64,000 nt of DNA from Promethearchaeota archaeon (GTDB lineage: Archaea; Asgardarchaeota; Lokiarchaeia; Sigyniarchaeales; SOKP01). Shown here in pieces: positions 1 through 9,965 of this stretch. The translations under genes were made by a program, and so were the position numbers. The notes beneath the pieces were generated by a model. The model was not told the origin of the DNA and searched no databases. It saw only the letters and a list, made by a program, of their open reading frames with translations. Numbering within the stretch: position 1 is the stretch's first letter; each line of letters begins with the position of its first letter. Location: assembly GCA_048939995.1 (NCBI GenBank), contig JBHLOY010000006.1, forward strand, positions 79,877 through 143,876. Direction: 5' to 3'.

Positions 1-486
1 CGCATCTTTTAAGGTTTCCATTTTTAAAGCATCATCATTTATAACAGCTTGTTCGTTGTCAATTAAATCTTTCACTAAATCTTCTTTCTTTTCAATAATT
101 ACAACGTCATATTTTGTATTCTCAGTAACATAATTAGCAATTCTTTTTCCTATATGATTATGTCCTATAACTACAACATGATTATCACAAAATCTTGCTA
201 ATTCTCTACAGGTGTCTGCTGGATTGTACTTTCTAAAAAGATCGATGGTTATAAGTGAAAATATTAACCCGAAAATTATAAATTCTGTAAAATTTGCATA
301 GAAATTGCCATATAAGCTTATATAGTTCTTGAAGTAAAATATTATCAATAATGCTTCATATAAGTCAGAAGTTTTAATCGAAAAATAGATGAAATTGCCC
401 AGAAACCAAAAAATAACAATTAGGATTGCAGCGTAATTTTGTCTTAATACTTTTTTAACTTTAATTAATTTTCTCGATCTTATAAT
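1..486 (-). CDS. TrkA-N/RCK domain 2-TM potassium channel-like protein (runs off window start)
   Basis: Hand-translated open frame: two hydrophobic segments, then HVVVIGHNHIGKRIA...DVVIIEK Rossmann motif. Start codon uncertain (ATT/ATA after an in-frame TAA). Confidence 0.75.
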   Translation of the reverse strand, partial: MIRSRKLIKVKKVLRQNYAAILIVIFWFLGNFIYFSIKTSDLYEALLIIFYFKNYISLYGNFYANFTEFIIFGLIFSLITIDLFRKYNPADTCRELARFCDNHVVVIGHNHIGKRIANYVTENTKYDVVIIEKKEDLVKDLIDNEQAVINDDALKMETLKDA

Positions 487-666
487 GGATTACACCTTTT
501 AATTTAATATTAATTTTGGAATTAATAAAATAAATCTGTTCTAAATAAACTATATAGTTTAATTATAATTCTGTATATAATTTAACTCTCTTCTGTTTAT
601 ATAAAGAATTAACAATGATTTTACATTATAAAAATTAAAGATTTTAAAAAAGTTAGTTTTTAGATT

Positions 667-1650
667 ATGAGTAGTAAGGATGATAAAATTAAATTATCTA
701 AGTGGTTACAAAGAGAAATAAATCCATCATATCCACATAAAGGAAAGTTAATTGAAATTATTGAAACTATAGCTGAAGCTACAATTCCAATACGAGGTTT
801 ACTTGAGAGAGGAATAACATCTCGAGAGATAAAACAAAGAATGAATATTAAAGATACTTACGGTGATTCTAAGAACATTTTTAATGAACTTCAAATTCAT
901 GAAGATATTTTAACGCACAGTATAATCTTAAAAGCATTAACAGAGGGTAAGACAAGTTTTTCATATATAGCTTCTGAGGAATCAGAACCTGTTCTAGGAG
1001 AGGGAGTATTTGGGATTACAATTGATCCTGTTGATGGCTCAACAAATGTTGCTGTAAATAGAACAGTCGGCACAATTGTTGGAATTTATAATGATGTTGG
1101 TAGAATAATCTGTGGATTTTACGTACTTTATGGTATTTTCACAAATCTAGTGATTGCTGTTGATAATAAAGTTGCAGAATTCATGTTAGATAATTCTCCC
1201 TATAGTATGACCTTTTATCATTATGTATTTCAGGAATTAAAATACATGCCTAATGAATTAGAAGGCGGCATTAGGTGTATCGGTGGCGATTCTACTCAAT
1301 GGTTTGAAAAATTTAAAAAATATGAACAGCTGCTTCTCCAACATCACTTAAAAGATCGTTATAGTGGCAGTTTTGTAGGAGATATTCATGCAATCATTAA
1401 TTATGGAGGGATTTATGCATACTTTCCTTCACCTAAACCAAAAATCAGGGTTTATTATGAATGGTTACCCTTAGCCTATATTATAAAAGCACTAGCAGGA
1501 GAATTTTTGGCTTTAGATAATAAAGGTAAAACGAAACAGATAGAAGATATTCCCCCTTTAAAAAAAAATAATGTCAAGGAAATGCATACCCTCATATATG
1601 GTGGAATTATAGGTAGCGAAAAAGTAGTCAATCTCTATCTTACTATTTGA
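667..1650 (+). CDS. fbp: Fructose-1,6-bisphosphatase class I
   Basis: ASEE, IDPVDGSTN..N.TVGTI.GIY and RYSGSFVGDIH motifs. Confidence 0.85.
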   Translation: MSSKDDKIKLSKWLQREINPSYPHKGKLIEIIETIAEATIPIRGLLERGITSREIKQRMNIKDTYGDSKNIFNELQIHEDILTHSIILKALTEGKTSFSYIASEESEPVLGEGVFGITIDPVDGSTNVAVNRTVGTIVGIYNDVGRIICGFYVLYGIFTNLVIAVDNKVAEFMLDNSPYSMTFYHYVFQELKYMPNELEGGIRCIGGDSTQWFEKFKKYEQLLLQHHLKDRYSGSFVGDIHAIINYGGIYAYFPSPKPKIRVYYEWLPLAYIIKALAGEFLALDNKGKTKQIEDIPPLKKNNVKEMHTLIYGGIIGSEKVVNLYLTI

Positions 1651-1692
1651 AAGATTTATTAAATAAAACCTTAATTAAAGTTTAGAAAAATA

Positions 1693-2904
1693 ATGAATAA
1701 TAAGAGTAGAAATAATAAATACATATTACAGAAAGAAGGGTCTGTTAAATTTTATATACATCAATCGGATAAAGATTTAATACCATCAAAATCAATGAAT
1801 GTATTTTATAATAAGAACATGGAAATAAATCGTGACATAACTATATCATCAATTATAACATATAAAAATTTATATAACCCAGATTCGTTGATCATCGTTG
1901 ATTCCATGGCAGCCTCTGGAATAACATCTATTAGATTACTCCAAGAATGTAATAATATTGAAAAAATTTACATAAATGATATAAACCCTCTTGCAAATTA
2001 TTTAATAAAAAAAAATTTAGAACTAAATAGAAACCTTTTAAATCATGTAGAAGTAACTAATGAGGATGCTAATTCTCTTTTTCTAAAATTGGGCCATCCT
2101 AATGAGTTAAAAAAGCCCAATATTATAATTATCGATCCTTTTGGTACTCCTTCCTACTTTATTGATACAGCCTCAAAAGCAATTCAAAAAGAGAATGGTT
2201 TATTATGTATAACTGCTACAGATACGGCAGTTTTGTTTGGAATTAGAAAGAATGCATGCATTAAAAAGTACCTATCTAAACCTCTCCACAATGAATATTG
2301 TAAAGAAATTGGTGCAAGAATCTTGCTCAACTTTATTTCTAAAATAGCTAATATGAATAATCTAGGCATTATTCCACTATTAACATTTTATTCAAGTCAT
2401 TTTTTAAAGATTTTTGCTCTTACATATAAAGGAAATAAAAAAATCTACTCAAATCTTTCAAATAATGGATTTATACTTCACTGTAATGATTGTGGGCATC
2501 GTTCAATATATCCTGATGACATTTTGAAGGTTCCTCATCAATGCCCGATCTGCAATGCAAGTAAAGTGTTGGACTATGCGGGTCCTCTCTGGATTGAAAA
2601 TTTGCATGATAAGATTTTCGTTGAAGGATTAATTCAATATAATTTAGATTCTTACTTTTCTAATAAAAATAAAATAAATAAAATTTTAAATTTGGTATTA
2701 AAAGAAATTGAAATGCCAGCTACATACTACAATATCCATAAATTGTGTGAAAAGTTGAGAGTTCCACAAATTCCTAAAATTGATTTAATTATTGAGAAGA
2801 TTAGAAGCCAAGGAGCTCAAGCTTCAAGAACCCATTTTGACTTTTTATCAATCAAAACAAATATTGGAATAAAAATGTTAACAGAACTTATCCGCGCAAT
2901 GTAA
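1693..2904 (+). CDS. trm1: tRNA (guanine-26 N2)-dimethyltransferase
   Basis: VFYN..M..NRD, DSMAASG, NDIN, IDPFGTP, TATD, CxxC..CxxC, GPLW, RTHF. Confidence 0.93.
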   Translation: MNNKSRNNKYILQKEGSVKFYIHQSDKDLIPSKSMNVFYNKNMEINRDITISSIITYKNLYNPDSLIIVDSMAASGITSIRLLQECNNIEKIYINDINPLANYLIKKNLELNRNLLNHVEVTNEDANSLFLKLGHPNELKKPNIIIIDPFGTPSYFIDTASKAIQKENGLLCITATDTAVLFGIRKNACIKKYLSKPLHNEYCKEIGARILLNFISKIANMNNLGIIPLLTFYSSHFLKIFALTYKGNKKIYSNLSNNGFILHCNDCGHRSIYPDDILKVPHQCPICNASKVLDYAGPLWIENLHDKIFVEGLIQYNLDSYFSNKNKINKILNLVLKEIEMPATYYNIHKLCEKLRVPQIPKIDLIIEKIRSQGAQASRTHFDFLSIKTNIGIKMLTELIRAM

Positions 2905-2912
2905 AAATTAAG

Positions 2913-3557
2913 GTGTTAAATCTGGTTAGATATAAATCAGACCATGCAAAGGATGCATTTTATAGAGAAGCTAAGCAAAAGGGATATAGAGCACGTTCAG
3001 CTTTTAAACTTTTAGAAATCCAAAGTAGGTTTGACGTATTTAAGAGAGTTTTTTACATTCTAGATTTAGGAAGCGCTCCTGGCTCTTGGTTACAAATTTC
3101 AAAAGAATTGGCTATTAAAAATATCGAGAAATATAATGATTCTCATTATTCAAGAGATTATTTTAAAATAATGGGTGTAGACATTAAAAAACTATCACCA
3201 ATTGAGGATATTGAGATTTTAACAATGAACATTAACGATAAAGAGCTAAGGAATAAAATTGATGAATATTTTAATGGAGAGAAATTAGATTTAATTCTTT
3301 CTGATGCCAGCATAAACAAATCTGGCAATAAATTTAGTGATCAAGCAAGACAAATCAAACTATGTTATGAAATATTTTCATTAATAGACTTTTTAAAAAA
3401 TAGAGGAAATTTTGTTATTAAGCTCTTTCAAGGAGAAGATTTTGAAGCTTTTTTTAAAAGTTTTAAAAGCTATTTCATGCAAGTTAAAAGTTTTAAACCA
3501 AGGGCTTCGAGTAAAAAAAGCAATGAAATCTATCTCATTGGATTAAAAAAAAAGTAG
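2913..3557 (+). CDS. rlmE: 23S rRNA Um2552 2'-O-methyltransferase (FtsJ/RlmE)
   Basis: GYRARSAFKL, DLGSAPGSW, LSD, KLFQG, KP.AS...S.E.Y. Confidence 0.93.
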   Translation: MLNLVRYKSDHAKDAFYREAKQKGYRARSAFKLLEIQSRFDVFKRVFYILDLGSAPGSWLQISKELAIKNIEKYNDSHYSRDYFKIMGVDIKKLSPIEDIEILTMNINDKELRNKIDEYFNGEKLDLILSDASINKSGNKFSDQARQIKLCYEIFSLIDFLKNRGNFVIKLFQGEDFEAFFKSFKSYFMQVKSFKPRASSKKSNEIYLIGLKKK

Positions 3558-4196
3558 TTACTCTAAATTCTCTGATTTAACCTCATCAAAATTTACCTTA
3601 TAAATTTTACCCTCTAATGAAGCATAAATCCATTCAGTAAGCCAAGCGCAAATATGGGGATTAAATTGATCATTGCTCGTTTCATTACATCTACCAATAA
3701 AAGGGCATATTAAACATGGTTGATATGAGAAGATATCAAATATAAAATCATTTTTGCTTTTATCAATTTTAATATCTTTTACTTTTGCTTCGATATCTTC
3801 AACAGCAGATATGAATTTTGTCCATGATGCGGCAACTAACTCCCTTCTTATCTTTATTTTTGATTGTAGAGCTAGAGTATCCAAAATTTCATCTAAATCA
3901 TTACGATTTTTTTTAGTTAATTTTAAAAGATCTTTAAAATATAAACTCCTTTTTTTATTTATTATATCAAGGACAGCTTTTTCTTCCTTTCTAAGATTTC
4001 GAGTAAAATGCCTTTTCCTTTCTTCTATCCTTTCGATTCGTCTTTCAGCCTCTGATTGATCAGATTCCTCGGAACCCTCCAATCGTTCCTTCACTTTGCA
4101 TTTATGACGTGAAAGGTATGCAAAACTATTCCCACAATAAGGACAGACTTCTTTTTTTTTCTTTGCCATCTTAATCTTCATTCTTTCTTTTGACAA
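3558..4196 (-). CDS. TFE-beta/RPC34-like protein (N-terminal Zn finger, winged helix, C-terminal Cys cluster)
   Basis: C-terminal PCLICP...C.......P..C.WL.EW matches the RPC34/TFE-beta Fe-S motif; N-terminal CPYC...HKC. Confidence 0.6.
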   Translation of the reverse strand: MSKERMKIKMAKKKKEVCPYCGNSFAYLSRHKCKVKERLEGSEESDQSEAERRIERIEERKRHFTRNLRKEEKAVLDIINKKRSLYFKDLLKLTKKNRNDLDEILDTLALQSKIKIRRELVAASWTKFISAVEDIEAKVKDIKIDKSKNDFIFDIFSYQPCLICPFIGRCNETSNDQFNPHICAWLTEWIYASLEGKIYKVNFDEVKSENLE

Positions 4197-4320
4197 ATAT
4201 AAATTATGTATAGTTTAAAATTAATTTTTGCAAATTATTTTAGGGTTAATTTTTAATATCTAATAGATAAATAATTCTTAATAGTAACTAAATTTTAAAT
4301 ATCGAGTAAATTAATATAAG

Positions 4321-5115
4321 ATGGACTTAAATCTCTCCAAAATACTCTACAAAACAAATCAACGTATTAGTACAGATGTAATATTAAAAAAAAAAACCAA
4401 TTATTTAGAAAGAATTAATATACTTTCTTCTGGGTTACACAATTTAGATAAATTATTGGGAGGGGGATTTCGTTCAGAAAAACTATATATAATATTTGGA
4501 AAATATAGTACTGGAAAGACTCAACTCTGTCATCAATTATGTGTAGAATCCTACAAGAAATTTGCTTCTTCTATTTTTATAGATACTGAAAATACATTTC
4601 GTCCCGAAAGAATTATTCAAATAGCAGATGCACAGAAACTTAATCCGAATAATGTTTTGAAAAGCATTTTAGTAACGAAGACTTTAAGTAATTCTATGTT
4701 TCTCTTGAATCTACAAAATGTCGAAAATATGATAAAAAGTAATAAATACAAAGTAATTTTAATTGATTCAATTAATAAATACTATCGCTTAGAGCAATCT
4801 AATGATGAAATTAGCTTTTACAAGGCTAAAACTAATTTTCTTAAAATATTAAAGTATCTTAATGATCTCACCAATTCTTATAACATAATCACAATTTGTA
4901 GCGCTCAGGTTTCTCCAATTTTCATTGCTAATAACATCATCGCAGAAAATCCAGTGGGAATTCAATACTTAAATCATTTTTGTTCTGAGTTTTTGTATTT
5001 AACTATGCAAGGAGAATCAATTGGGAATGCACATTTAGTTAATTCATTTTCACTAGCAGAGGAAAAAGCAGTATTTGAAATAAAATCTGAAGGTATTAAA
5101 GATTGCGATATTTAA
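4321..5115 (+). CDS. RadA/Rad51-family paralog lacking the N-terminal HhH domain
   Basis: LDKLLGGG, Walker A GKYSTGKTQLCHQL, IDTENTFRPERI, ILIDSI. Confidence 0.85.
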   Translation: MDLNLSKILYKTNQRISTDVILKKKTNYLERINILSSGLHNLDKLLGGGFRSEKLYIIFGKYSTGKTQLCHQLCVESYKKFASSIFIDTENTFRPERIIQIADAQKLNPNNVLKSILVTKTLSNSMFLLNLQNVENMIKSNKYKVILIDSINKYYRLEQSNDEISFYKAKTNFLKILKYLNDLTNSYNIITICSAQVSPIFIANNIIAENPVGIQYLNHFCSEFLYLTMQGESIGNAHLVNSFSLAEEKAVFEIKSEGIKDCDI

Positions 5116-5958
5116 TTAGAATTTATCTAAAACGAATTCCTTGAATTCAGATAAAGTTAAATTATGAATTCTTTTTGATTTTGTAGTAGAATTTACATAA
5201 TAAATAGGGCATACTATTTGCTTTTGTATCTGTTCTAATAAAAATTTAGCATATTTTAGTTTCTTTCTCTTAATTCTTGAAGCTTTAAAATTATTTAATT
5301 TATCAATTTTGCTATACTTTCCAACTATCTTATCAAAATCCATACCTATTAAAAAAACTACTTGTGTTGGTCTTAGAAGTGACTTTAAAAAAAACAGAAC
5401 TCTATCACCATCTGTAAAACCTCCTGGATTTAAAACATTTTTAGTTGGTTCCACCTGCGTCGTCCCGATTATGTTGTCAAAATTAATAATCAGTTTTTCA
5501 AAGGCCTGCAGTTTATTTATATTATCTCCATGTGCGTGTACAATTAAGAATTTTGAGTAAAGGAACTCCCTTTCAGTAATTCCATCTAAATCTGTAAAGA
5601 TTATATCGACGGGTATATCATTATCGCGTAAGAACCTAGATGATCCATCAGCACATAAATTAATGAAATTATTAAAAATATGGCTTCCCTTTATTTCGAG
5701 TGTAAATTTCATTGTTTCCTCCAGTGATGGTCCACAACCATATATTAGTATTATCTCCTTATCATTAACAAGATTTTTAATAGAATTAAGGACTTTTTCA
5801 AGGTTGTAATCCTTACTTTTTTTCAAAATAATTTTATGCAGAAGATTTCGTGCATATTTATCAGATTTATAATCAAATTTGAAACTTTTTAGGATTTTAA
5901 TATAAGTATCTTTAAAATTACTATAATAATTGATTATATCACTGAGTGTAATTGTCAT
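5116..5958 (-). CDS. mptE: 6-hydroxymethyl-7,8-dihydropterin pyrophosphokinase
   Basis: G.GPSL, ADG, TDLDG, VHAHGDN, GTTQ, GGFTDGDR, GMDF. Confidence 0.9.
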   Translation of the reverse strand: MTITLSDIINYYSNFKDTYIKILKSFKFDYKSDKYARNLLHKIILKKSKDYNLEKVLNSIKNLVNDKEIILIYGCGPSLEETMKFTLEIKGSHIFNNFINLCADGSSRFLRDNDIPVDIIFTDLDGITEREFLYSKFLIVHAHGDNINKLQAFEKLIINFDNIIGTTQVEPTKNVLNPGGFTDGDRVLFFLKSLLRPTQVVFLIGMDFDKIVGKYSKIDKLNNFKASRIKRKKLKYAKFLLEQIQKQIVCPIYYVNSTTKSKRIHNLTLSEFKEFVLDKF

Positions 5959-6086
5959 TTTATCAGATCTGATTTTAGGTTTAATTAATAAAAAAATTTT
6001 ATATTTTGGATATAATTAAATTTATCATACAATTAAATTCAATATATTTTGTTCATAAAAATTATAAACAAAGAGTTAGATAAAAA

Positions 6087-6485
6087 ATGACAATATGGTA
6101 TACTAAGACCCACCAATGGTTTGATGATTCAACTGGGGCAGTTGGAATCACTCCTTATGCTGCTGAACAATTAGGTGAAATTTCTTTTGTAGATGTTGAA
6201 GCTCTTGAAGGGGCTACTATTACGCAAGTTAAAATGGACGGAGATGAGCCAAGTAGTGATCCATTGGATTGCACTGTTGAATCAAGTAAAGCAGTTGGGG
6301 ATGTTTATAGCCCAGTTTCCGGAACAGTCACAGAAGTTAATTCATCCTTAATGGATGAACCAGAAAAAATCAATGAAGATGCTTTTTCAGCATGGTTATT
6401 TAAAGTTAACCCATCAAATTGGGATTCTGAAAAAGGAAATCTTTTAGATGAAGCTGCATATAAAGCTTTTATTGCTAATTTATAA
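6087..6485 (+). CDS. gcvH: Glycine cleavage system H protein (lipoyl carrier)
   Basis: VGIT.YA.EQLGEI.FV and VESSKAVGDVYSPVSG with lipoyl-Lys. Confidence 0.92.
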   Translation: MTIWYTKTHQWFDDSTGAVGITPYAAEQLGEISFVDVEALEGATITQVKMDGDEPSSDPLDCTVESSKAVGDVYSPVSGTVTEVNSSLMDEPEKINEDAFSAWLFKVNPSNWDSEKGNLLDEAAYKAFIANL

Positions 6486-6554
6486 TTTTTGATTAAAAAT
6501 TCATTACTTTTTTTTCTTTTTTTCAATAATAAACAGAAACATTAAGCAAGAAGA

Positions 6555-7067
6555 TTAAACATTAAATAATCTTTCTCCCAATTTTATAGTTATAAATGCC
6601 TGTAATGCAACAAAAGCAGAAATAACTAAAATAATTCCAATTATCAAAATTTTTATCGCAGTTATCTTATTATACACATACTTTGATGCCTGATAAAGTA
6701 GTATAAAACCAATAGAACAGAGAAAAATGAAAATTGAAGCCACAATACTCTCAATTATGAAAGCTTCAGATATATCCGGATAAAATAAAACAGGATTACC
6801 TTGTGGATTGGCCCCTATAGCGATAGGTTCTCTATAAATAATATAAATAATACCTGTTTGAAGGAGGAATAATATAATATATATTCCTATAACTACTAAG
6901 GTTCTTCCCGGTAAAGGCATTTCCATCTTTGGAAGTTTTAACTGCGGATAATTTACTTTAGGCTTTCTTAGTGAATTTCCAAACACCCAAGGGGTTTTGC
7001 TTTTTATTTTTTCAAAAATTGTCTCGGAACCACTGACATCTTCCTTAGGGGTTGATTGTTTTTGCAT
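6555..7067 (-). CDS. Oligosaccharyltransferase OSTC/DC2 (OST3/OST6-type TM region)-like membrane protein
   Basis: 3 TM segments; GIIY.I.REP.AIG...P and FIIESIVAS..IFL..IGFILL resemble eukaryotic OSTC. Confidence 0.6.
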   Translation of the reverse strand: MQKQSTPKEDVSGSETIFEKIKSKTPWVFGNSLRKPKVNYPQLKLPKMEMPLPGRTLVVIGIYIILFLLQTGIIYIIYREPIAIGANPQGNPVLFYPDISEAFIIESIVASIFIFLCSIGFILLYQASKYVYNKITAIKILIIGIILVISAFVALQAFITIKLGERLFNV

Positions 7068-7155
7068 AAATATCCGCGAGTTACTTTTTATCTACAAGAT
7101 ATTAATTTTTTTTAAATTAAAAAGTTTTTAGTTATAAAAGTTATTTTCATAATAT

Positions 7156-8658
7156 CTAAACTAATTTCTTTAATAAAGATATTAAGAAATTCCATATTTT
7201 CTCTACGGTTTTTATTTTTAGCCGTTCATCTGGAGAATGACCATCAATAATAGTTGGTCCAATTGAAATAATTTCCAAATTAGGAAAATGATGCTTAAAG
7301 TAAGCGCATTCTAGACCTGCATGAATAGCTTGTATTATAACCTCACTTTTGAATAATTCCTCATAGGTTTCTGAAGCAAGATTTGAAAGCTTTGAATTAA
7401 AATTAGGAGGCCAACTTGGATACTCATACTTAATATTAGTATTAATCTTCAATCCAGACATTCTAAATAAAGTTTGAAACTGATCAAATATAACATCTTG
7501 GTCATATTGAGTTAGGCTTCTTTGACTAATTATAAATTTTATAGAAGTCTTTGATGTCTTTATTGAAGCAAAATTACTTGAAGTGTGGACTAATTCTTTA
7601 TTTGCTGGATGTATATAAATAGGGCCATTTTGCATTGAAAACAAAAGTTCAATTAATCTATTTTGGACATCTTTTGAGATAATTGAAAAGGCACTAGATT
7701 CTTGTACCCGCTTGATAAGGATATTAATACTAGGTTCAATATCTTCATACAACATCTGAATATTTGGAGAGATCTCCTCTATAAATTGAGTAATTTCAGA
7801 GAATTTAAACTTCTCAGAAAAAAATAACGCTTCTGCTTCTCTTGGAATAGCATTATCTAAATTACCACCATCTAAAGAAATTAAATGGATATTATAATTA
7901 CTATTTATTTTCCATAATACTTGAGAAAGTATATTTAGTGCATTTGCTCTACCTTTATCAATGTCTACTCCAGAATGACCACCAGTTAATCCTGTAATTG
8001 AAAGTTTAATAGGAATTAAATCTTTATTATGATCAATAAGATTCTTTTCAATTTGTAGAGTCACTTCAAAAACTCTGCCACCTGCAGCTCCAATTGTAAA
8101 TTTATTATCCCCTTCTGAATCCAGATTTATCATATAAGGACCACTTATAAAATTTTTGTCGATTTGGCTTGCTCCTGTTAATCCTCTCTCTTCATCGACA
8201 GTAAATAGAAGATTAATTGATATAGGGCCTAAATTTAACTCTTTGTTATACATTTTCTTCATAATCGCTAATTGATATGCCATTCCAACAGCATTGTCAG
8301 CCCCTAAGGTAGTACCTTTAGCCTTTATCCATTTTTCATTATTTATTTCAATTATTTCCAAATCCAAAGAATCTTTTGAGAAATCATGAATTACATCATC
8401 ATTTTTTTCACAGACCATGTCCATATGACTTTGCAAAGTAACGCCTAGAACATTTTTTTCATTTAAATTTGAAGGAATTTCAATTACTATGTTTTTAACT
8501 TGATCTATTTTAGTTTGATATCCCAGTTTTTCAGCTTCTTTTTGTATAAAAAGCCTTATTTGGTCCTCATGACCAGAACAGCGAGGAATTTTTGAAATTT
8601 CAAAAAAGTATTCCCAAAATTCTGATGGATTCCCCAGTTCTTTTAAATATTTAATCAT
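7156..8658 (-). CDS. pepD: Aminoacyl-histidine dipeptidase (M20C)
   Basis: IPRCSGHE, LQSHMDMVCEK, TTLGADN, DEE.GL.GA, GGHSG, IHAGLEC, HSPDE. Confidence 0.92.
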   Translation of the reverse strand: MIKYLKELGNPSEFWEYFFEISKIPRCSGHEDQIRLFIQKEAEKLGYQTKIDQVKNIVIEIPSNLNEKNVLGVTLQSHMDMVCEKNDDVIHDFSKDSLDLEIIEINNEKWIKAKGTTLGADNAVGMAYQLAIMKKMYNKELNLGPISINLLFTVDEERGLTGASQIDKNFISGPYMINLDSEGDNKFTIGAAGGRVFEVTLQIEKNLIDHNKDLIPIKLSITGLTGGHSGVDIDKGRANALNILSQVLWKINSNYNIHLISLDGGNLDNAIPREAEALFFSEKFKFSEITQFIEEISPNIQMLYEDIEPSINILIKRVQESSAFSIISKDVQNRLIELLFSMQNGPIYIHPANKELVHTSSNFASIKTSKTSIKFIISQRSLTQYDQDVIFDQFQTLFRMSGLKINTNIKYEYPSWPPNFNSKLSNLASETYEELFKSEVIIQAIHAGLECAYFKHHFPNLEIISIGPTIIDGHSPDERLKIKTVEKIWNFLISLLKKLV

Positions 8659-8753
8659 AATTGCTTTCCATGAAAATATATATATGTATTTTTTTATTAC
8701 TTTTATAAAAATAACATTAAATTCCTTATAATTTTAATGTGAGAGATATTTAG

Positions 8754-9860
8754 ATGAGTAGCTGGAAAGATTTATATTCTGAAGTTAAGCAACGTAAAAT
8801 GGAAGCGCTTAATAAAAAAGATGTTGTAAAAGCTGTTGAAAAACATGGTAAAATTTTAGCAGTAGAAGGACGATATGAGAAACCAAAAAAAATTATTGAC
8901 CATATGTATGCCGCCATTCGTGAAACAATAAAACCAAAACAAATTATGAAATATGATCTTAATGACTATGATGTAGTACTAATTGGATGTCCTGGTGATG
9001 ATATTCCTCATTCGGCATATCCAAAAGTAAAAGATTATGTATCTTTGAATGGCGGCTGGCTAATAACAACAGATTGGGCAATTAAAACTTTAGTAGAAGT
9101 AATTTTTCCGGGTTATATTCGCTGGAATGGACAAAAAACAGGAGATGCTGTTGTTGCATGCCAGATAATGGAACCAAATCATCCTTATCTTGATGGGGTG
9201 CTAAGCGAAATTCAACAAAGTAAATGGCAAAAACAAGACGCAAAAAATACCAAAAGGTCAGAATTCAGATGGTGGTTAGAGACCAAAAGCTTTCCAATAA
9301 GCATCTTGAACCCAAGTGTTCAGGTCTTAATATCATCCCAGGAGATCTTACGAAAATGGGGTGAATCTCCAGTCTTTGTATATTTTGATTATGGGAAAAC
9401 TGGAGGTAGAGTTATTCATATGATCTCTCACACTCATTTACAGAAAGGGGGGGTAAAGGGCAAATATGCTTCTGCACTTATCTTAACAAATATTTTAGAT
9501 GAAAAAGTAGCTAAAAAAACAGGAATTTCAAAAGCACCTACGCCTGGATATGTATCTAATTGGGAGGATACACAACAACCCCAACAGCAATATTCAGCAT
9601 CAACTCAACAAAATACTTATCTAACTCCTTCGGATAGTGTTAGTGGATTGACAGGTACCTCGCAAATTATTGAAGTAAATATGAATAGCAGTGAATTTTC
9701 ATTTGCTAGCAAATGTGGGTATTGTGGATATGATTTTGGGGAATATGCTGGAAAGATTTACATGTGTAAAGCCTGTAAAACCTTATATCATGAAACATGC
9801 CTTAATATGCAGATTAATGAGGGCGTTTGCAAGAATTGTAATAAGATTTTATTATGGTAA
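8754..9860 (+). CDS. Hypothetical protein: GATase-like N-terminal domain, Q/S/T-rich linker, C-terminal C4HC3 PHD/RING-like finger
   Basis: YDVVLIGCPG..V..GG.L.TTDW; C-terminal CxxC-x12-CxxC-x4-HxxC-x9-CxxC. Confidence 0.6.
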   Translation: MSSWKDLYSEVKQRKMEALNKKDVVKAVEKHGKILAVEGRYEKPKKIIDHMYAAIRETIKPKQIMKYDLNDYDVVLIGCPGDDIPHSAYPKVKDYVSLNGGWLITTDWAIKTLVEVIFPGYIRWNGQKTGDAVVACQIMEPNHPYLDGVLSEIQQSKWQKQDAKNTKRSEFRWWLETKSFPISILNPSVQVLISSQEILRKWGESPVFVYFDYGKTGGRVIHMISHTHLQKGGVKGKYASALILTNILDEKVAKKTGISKAPTPGYVSNWEDTQQPQQQYSASTQQNTYLTPSDSVSGLTGTSQIIEVNMNSSEFSFASKCGYCGYDFGEYAGKIYMCKACKTLYHETCLNMQINEGVCKNCNKILLW

Positions 9861-9965
9861 TCCTAAGTCCTCCAATTGGTGTTTCTTGGTCATTTTATTC
9901 TAAAATTTAATTAATCCTTAACTATATTCATTCATTAGACCTATTTCAATAAATTAAGTGGAAAT

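Noticed and set aside
3100-3175. Insertion in RlmE as a possible in-frame intron
   Set aside because: No BHB pairing found and the frame is open; likely a protein loop.
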